From Eledone cirrhosa (taxonomy: Eukaryota), in NCBI GenBank assembly GCA_964016885.1, contig OZ024762.1, positions 22,320,001 through 22,384,000 of the forward strand: 64,000 nt of DNA, given 5' to 3'. Numbering within the stretch: position 1 is the stretch's first letter; the number at the start of each line of letters is the position of its first letter. The position numbers and the translations under genes were made by a program. This document shows, one piece after another, positions 58,119-64,000 of the stretch. Below the pieces are notes generated by a model. The model searched no databases. It saw nothing but the letters and a program-made list of their open reading frames with translations, and was not told the DNA's origin.

Positions 58119-58704
58119 CACTCTCACACACACAGACTCGTATATATACATATATATATATGTTTTTGTGTGTGTGTGTATACATATATTGTAAGGGTAA
58201 AAATATAACTCTATTTGCATATAGAAGCGCTATACATGGGAGTATATGTATTATATGATAACCAAATATTTGTTTACAAAGCTTTGTAGTTATACGTGTT
58301 TATGTAGTTATACATGGAATATATACATGAGATATCTTGATGGTAAGAAATACAGAAAGATATATATAAACATTGACCATATCTAACGACAGAGAATGAT
58401 AGAATAAAGATATTATCTCACTTAATGCTTTATATTAGAATCTGTTAAGCGGTCATATTGAAATGTTGTCGTCTAGGGTTCGACCTTCCAACGTATTTTG
58501 ATTTTAGTTTTTTAGCTTTTCCTTATTTTGCATCTGACGAGGTCTTTGCTTCATTTTGTACACAATTTTATTTTATTCCAATTTCTTGAATGTTCTCTGT
58601 ATAATAACCGGTAGTAACTCCGAAGTAATTGTAAAGCCTTAAATAGCCTAAATTTATTATATCATATTTTGTGGTTATATTATTACATATATATATATAT
58701 ATAA

Positions 58705-58736
<32 letters not shown>

Positions 58737-58738
58737 AC

Positions 58739-58770
<32 letters not shown>

Positions 58771-58949
58771 TTAAAATAACAGATTAAACTTTAAGCAAAG
58801 AATCACTGCTTTCACCCTTAGCGGGATCTTCTGAAACTAAAAAAGTCAATCTGTGAACGCAGAAGTGAATATTTCAAAAAACATTGCAACCGAAGGAAGA
58901 CAGGAAGACGATACTTTGGTTCGTGGAAACGTTCCCTGGCAATGAACGA

Positions 58950-58980
<31 letters not shown>

Positions 58981-59295
58981 TCACGATAAATTAACGGAGT
59001 CATAGACTCTCGTATTCCCTGTCAATAATGTGCTCAAAGGAAAAGGAATGCTGAGCTTTTTAAAATACAATATGTTGAAAAGAGAGATAGTGTGCCATCA
59101 ATAATACAATGAAAACCACCAGTGTATGGAGTCTATATAGACCTTTTCAACATATTGTATTATATATATATATTTACGGTAGTAGAGTGGGTCATAGGAA
59201 AAGAGTCAGGATCCCGACGGCTGAGTTCCGGCTGAGCTCCGTTCGGATCTAGCTGTCGAAACGGCAGAGCTCGGCCGTCGGGGCCTGTCTGTTTT

Positions 59296-59363
<68 letters not shown>

Positions 59364-60474
59364 ATAATTGTTTCTACCTTTGGCACAAGGCCAGCAATTA
59401 CCCAGTACATTACTGGTACTTTATTTTATCGACCCTGTAAGGATGAAAGGCAAAGTCAACCTCGGCGGGATTTGAACTCAGATCGAAAAGGGACGTAACT
59501 ATGCTGGAAAGCATGGCGTCCGACCCTCTACCGATACTGCCAATCCACATATAATGATATGTATATATATGGACACACTAGAAGAGGAAGACCAAGGTTA
59601 ACGTATGTTGATGCCCTAAGGACAGACACTGGTCTGTTGGAGACGCGGGACATGGCAGCGATAATGAGGGACAGAGACCGCTGGAGAGACCTCGTCCATG
59701 GATCTCGGGAATTTTACCCGCCTTAGAATAATTATAAATAATTATATATAATTATATGTATACACACACATATATATATGTGTATTTGATGTATACGTTC
59801 GTATTGCGCGGGTATGTGTCATGCCTGGTATACGTACGTGTGCGCGTGTTTATGTGTATGTGCATGTATATGTACGTACGGCGTGCGTTTTCGCGTATGC
59901 ACGTGTATTTACGTATATAGATGTGTGTACGTATATATATATATATATATATATAATTGTATAAATCCTAATTATTATTACTTTTATGATTTTAATAACC
60001 TCCGTCATTTTCGTTTAACGAATTTATTTACATTGATTGGCAGTATCGGTAGAGGATTGGACGCCATGCTTTGCAGCAAAGAGTTACAGCCCTTTATGGT
60101 CTGAGTTCATATCCGGCCGAGGTTAACTTTGTCTTTTATCCTTACGGAGTCGATAAAATAAAGTACCAGTAATACACTGGAATAATTGCTGGCCTTGTGC
60201 CAAAAGTAGAAACAATTATTCATAACTCTGAAGCCGAGAATTATTCGGTTTTCTAAATAGAATATTAGTCTAATGACTCCATTTATAGCATAAACGTGGT
60301 TTTGTCTTGGCGTGTAATTGTTGGCATTGCTCTACATAACGACGTATTATCTACGCTTTTTACCCGTTCATTGCCAGAGAACGTCTTCACGAACCAAAGT
60401 ATCGTTTTCTTGTTTTCCTTCTGTTGCAACGTTTTTCGAAATATTTACTTCTGCGTCCAAAGATTGATTGTTTT

Positions 60475-60525
60475 AGTTTCAGAAGATCCCGTTAAGGGTG
60501 AAAGCAGCGATTCTTTGCTTAAACT
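60475..60525 (+). ncRNA. Hammerhead-like motif with a variant CAGAAGA core (family B)
   Basis: AGTTT-CAGAAGA-tCCC(gttaa)GGGt-GAA-AGCA(gcgattctt)TGCT-T-AAACT: all three stems pair. Confidence 0.5.
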
Positions 60526-60688
60526 TTAATCTGTTATTTTAATAAATATTTGCTCTATGGTTCTTATATATTTTATATATATATTATCCGTATCGAGCCC
60601 TCTTTGGATTTTATTATTATTACTATATATATATATATATGTATGTATATATATATATACATACATATATATATATATGTATATTATG

Positions 60689-60754
<66 letters not shown>

Positions 60755-60761
60755 TACATAC

Positions 60762-60794
<33 letters not shown>

Positions 60795-60815
60795 TACATA
60801 TATATATATGTATAT

Positions 60816-60853
<38 letters not shown>

Positions 60854-60860
60854 AATTATG

Positions 60861-60904
<44 letters not shown>

Positions 60905-60915
60905 AATTATGTATG

Positions 60916-60954
<39 letters not shown>

Positions 60955-60964
60955 GTATATTATG

Positions 60965-61009
<45 letters not shown>

Positions 61010-61015
61010 GTATAT

Positions 61016-61051
<36 letters not shown>

Positions 61052-61271
61052 ATATACATATATATATATATGTAAATTATGTATATATATATATATATAT
61101 ACATAATATACATATATATATGTAAATTATGTATATATATATATATATATACATACATATATACATAATATACATATATATATGTATATATATATATACA
61201 TAATATACATATATATATATGTATGTATGTATATATATATATATATATACATACATATATACATAATATAC

Positions 61272-61304
<33 letters not shown>

Positions 61305-61507
61305 CATAATATACATATATATATATATGTATGTATATATATATATATACATACATAGTATATATACATATATATATATGTATGTAGATATATATATATA
61401 TATACATACATAATATATATACATATATATATGTATGTATGTATATATATCTATATATATATGTATGTATATATATATATATATATACATACATATATAT
61501 ATGTATG

Positions 61508-61545
<38 letters not shown>

Positions 61546-61886
61546 ATATATATACATATATATATATATGTATGTATATATATATATATTAATACATAAT
61601 ATACATACATATATATATATGTATATATATATATACACATACATACATATATACATATATATCAAAGGATATATTGTGTCTAGAGGAAAGACAATGAATA
61701 ATTTAAGTACAAGTTTAACAAAGATATTTCACAATGTCAAGTGTTGTTAACAAGAAATGGTAAGGTGTATTTTGAAGAATTAGAATAGCAGAGAACATGA
61801 CACTGGAACATTGCCAAAAGACATTTAAGAAAATGTTTTTGGGAGGGACATTCCTCTATTTATCTATAGTTTTATCTATCTATTTG

Positions 61887-61939
<53 letters not shown>

Positions 61940-62236
61940 TGGCTGACAACTCGTTTTCGAGTACGGCCACTACTTTATATCCATGTAGGAGAACCCCTAC
62001 CAATGCGCTAAACAAGTGTGACTTTTTAGTCCAGCCAGCAACTTGAAAACTCTGGTACAAACACTACACTTGTGACAATTATTGACACATAGTGCTGGGC
62101 CCATGGTACCATGTGACAAGTGCAGAGAGATCTCCAGATATAAAGCAATGCCTGTGCCGTGAAGCTTTTATAGTGAGCAAAGGCACTGCACAAAGCCAGT
62201 CCCACGTATATTTATATATATACGTATCTATATATC

Positions 62237-62272
<36 letters not shown>

Positions 62273-62837
62273 AACGAGTAGGACCCCGACGGCTAAGTCC
62301 AGAATTAGCCGTCGAAACGGCTTCAGCTCAGCCGTCGGGGTCCTACTCGTTCCTATTACCCACTCTACTACCCTAAGTATTGAGTACTTTGGTGCGTTAT
62401 GGTCCACCTGGTTCCTTACCACATTTCTTCCGTTATATATATATATATATATATTGGTAAACGGAATAGAAAATGCTGACAAATTGTTCACAGTTGAAAA
62501 ATGGTTTAATTAGGAATAAAAGAGTATTAGTGATTGTATGGGTTAGTATTCAGTTGTGGTTTTAAGTTTTTAAGTTTTTACCGGTTGCGCATTTCTAAAT
62601 GCTTTACAAAAATAATTTTGAGATAGAGTGTCCGTGCTGTTTGCTCGGATCTGATTAGTTTTGGGAATTCTACCTGTTTTTATGTTAAAAAAGTGGCTCC
62701 AGCGTTATTTTTGTGTTGCAAAAATGCTTGTGGTCAAAACAATTTTGATTGGTCGGTAGAGGTCATGTGAATGTAAAAAGTTGATTTTGCGCCAAGACTG
62801 TTTTTATGTTAAAAAAGTGGCTCCAGCAAAAATTCTT

Positions 62838-62876
<39 letters not shown>

Positions 62877-63084
62877 ATGTGTGAACGTATGTACATTTTA
62901 TTAAGGCTAAATAGTGAGATATCTTACTCTGGAGTTTCGGTTGTTTATCACAGGATCGTCTGGTAAGAAGATATATATATGTTATATGTATATATAAAAT
63001 ATATGTTATGTGTATATATATAAAATATATATTATATCTATATATATAATATATATATTTATATACTTATATATATATATACCC

Positions 63085-63420
63085 ATACCCCAGTCGTTTT
63101 TATGAAAGGTGGGTGAAAGTGGCGAGAATGGCCCGTGTGAATGGGCCTTCTCTTTACATAAGCCTGTAGGTGGAAAAGAGGAAGGAACGAGGGAGCACCC
63201 CCTCTCTGTGCTCCTGAGGAAAAGGGTTGCACACTTTTTTCGGGGGTGTGTGCGACCCCCCAAGGCGCCTCCTCTCTATTGAGGATTTTGTTATAAATTT
63301 TATTTTTTGTTATATTTTATTTTATTTTTATATTTTGTGTTATTGCGCACGCCTTTTTGTGTAAACTCCCCCCTTTGTACTTGGCCCACTTTTGATGCCC
63401 TGGTGGCAAATAAAAGAAAC
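63085..63420 (+). mobile_element. Probable LINE 3' end (Tx1/L1-like)
   Basis: Short frame SRFYERWVKVARMARVNG..L*, T-rich 3'UTR, ends ccctggtggcaaataaaagaaac before (AT)n. Confidence 0.4.
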
Positions 63421-63455
63421 ATATATATATATATATATACCCATACACACACATA

Positions 63456-63504
<49 letters not shown>

Positions 63505-63613
63505 ACAATCTATCTAAGTTTCACTCTGAATAGCCAGATTATTCAGTGAGATACCGGACAGTTAACCTTGGGATAAGACCTAAGGTCATATCGGGTCAAC
63601 ACTGACTAAACCC

Positions 63614-64000
63614 TGGTGGTGGTGGTGGTGGTGTTGGTGGTGGTGGTGGTGATGGTGGTGGCTGTGGTGGTACTGGTGGTGGAGGTAGTTGTTGTTGTGC
63701 GGCTGGTGGAGGCTATAGTACTGGTGGTGGTGGTGGTGGTGTTGGTCGTGGCGGTGGTGATGGTGGTGGTGGTGGTGGTGGCTGTGGTGGTGCTGGTGGT
63801 GGAGGTAGTTGTTGTTGTGCGGCTGGTGGAGGCTATAGTACTGGTGGTGGTGGTGGTGGTGGTGTTGGTCGTGATGGTGGTGGTGGTGGTGGTGGTCGTG
63901 GTGGTGGTTGCGATGGTGGGTTGATGGTGGTGGTGCTGGTGGGTGGCGACTATGGTGGTGGGGTGGCGAGTGGAGGCTATGGTGGTGCTGATGGTTTGTG
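63614..64000. repeat. (GGT)n trinucleotide repeat with a higher-order duplication of about 120 bp
   Basis: Direct inspection. Confidence 0.9.

Overview
AT-rich eukaryotic, non-genic-looking DNA. Its repeat families resemble those I associate with cephalopod (Octopus) genomes; that assignment is an inference. More than half of the window is (TA)n/(CA)n/(CT)n and trinucleotide microsatellite, so nearly all ORFs in the supplied track are artefacts. Recognisable coding remnants are an RTE-clade LINE (21395-22290,+), an R4/Dong-like restriction-endonuclease LINE inserted in an (ATT)n tract (54727-56210,-) and two inverted Penelope-like GIY-YIG C-terminal fragments (41885-42318). There are more than 15 tRNA-derived SINE copies, a 610-bp bipartite RTE derivative with an HDV-like 5' fold, a piggyBac-type MITE and a 27-bp minisatellite. 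The main hidden signal is RNA-level. Many of the short non-microsatellite islands between (TA)n tracts are Penelope-like (PLE) terminal repeats or retrozyme-like units carrying type I hammerhead ribozyme motifs: about 26 loci in about 13 unrelated sequence families, folded by eye. Several are arranged as long palindromes, two as 320-440-bp tandem units, and one family has a full 6-bp stem III, a GUC site and a U3-A8 compensated core.
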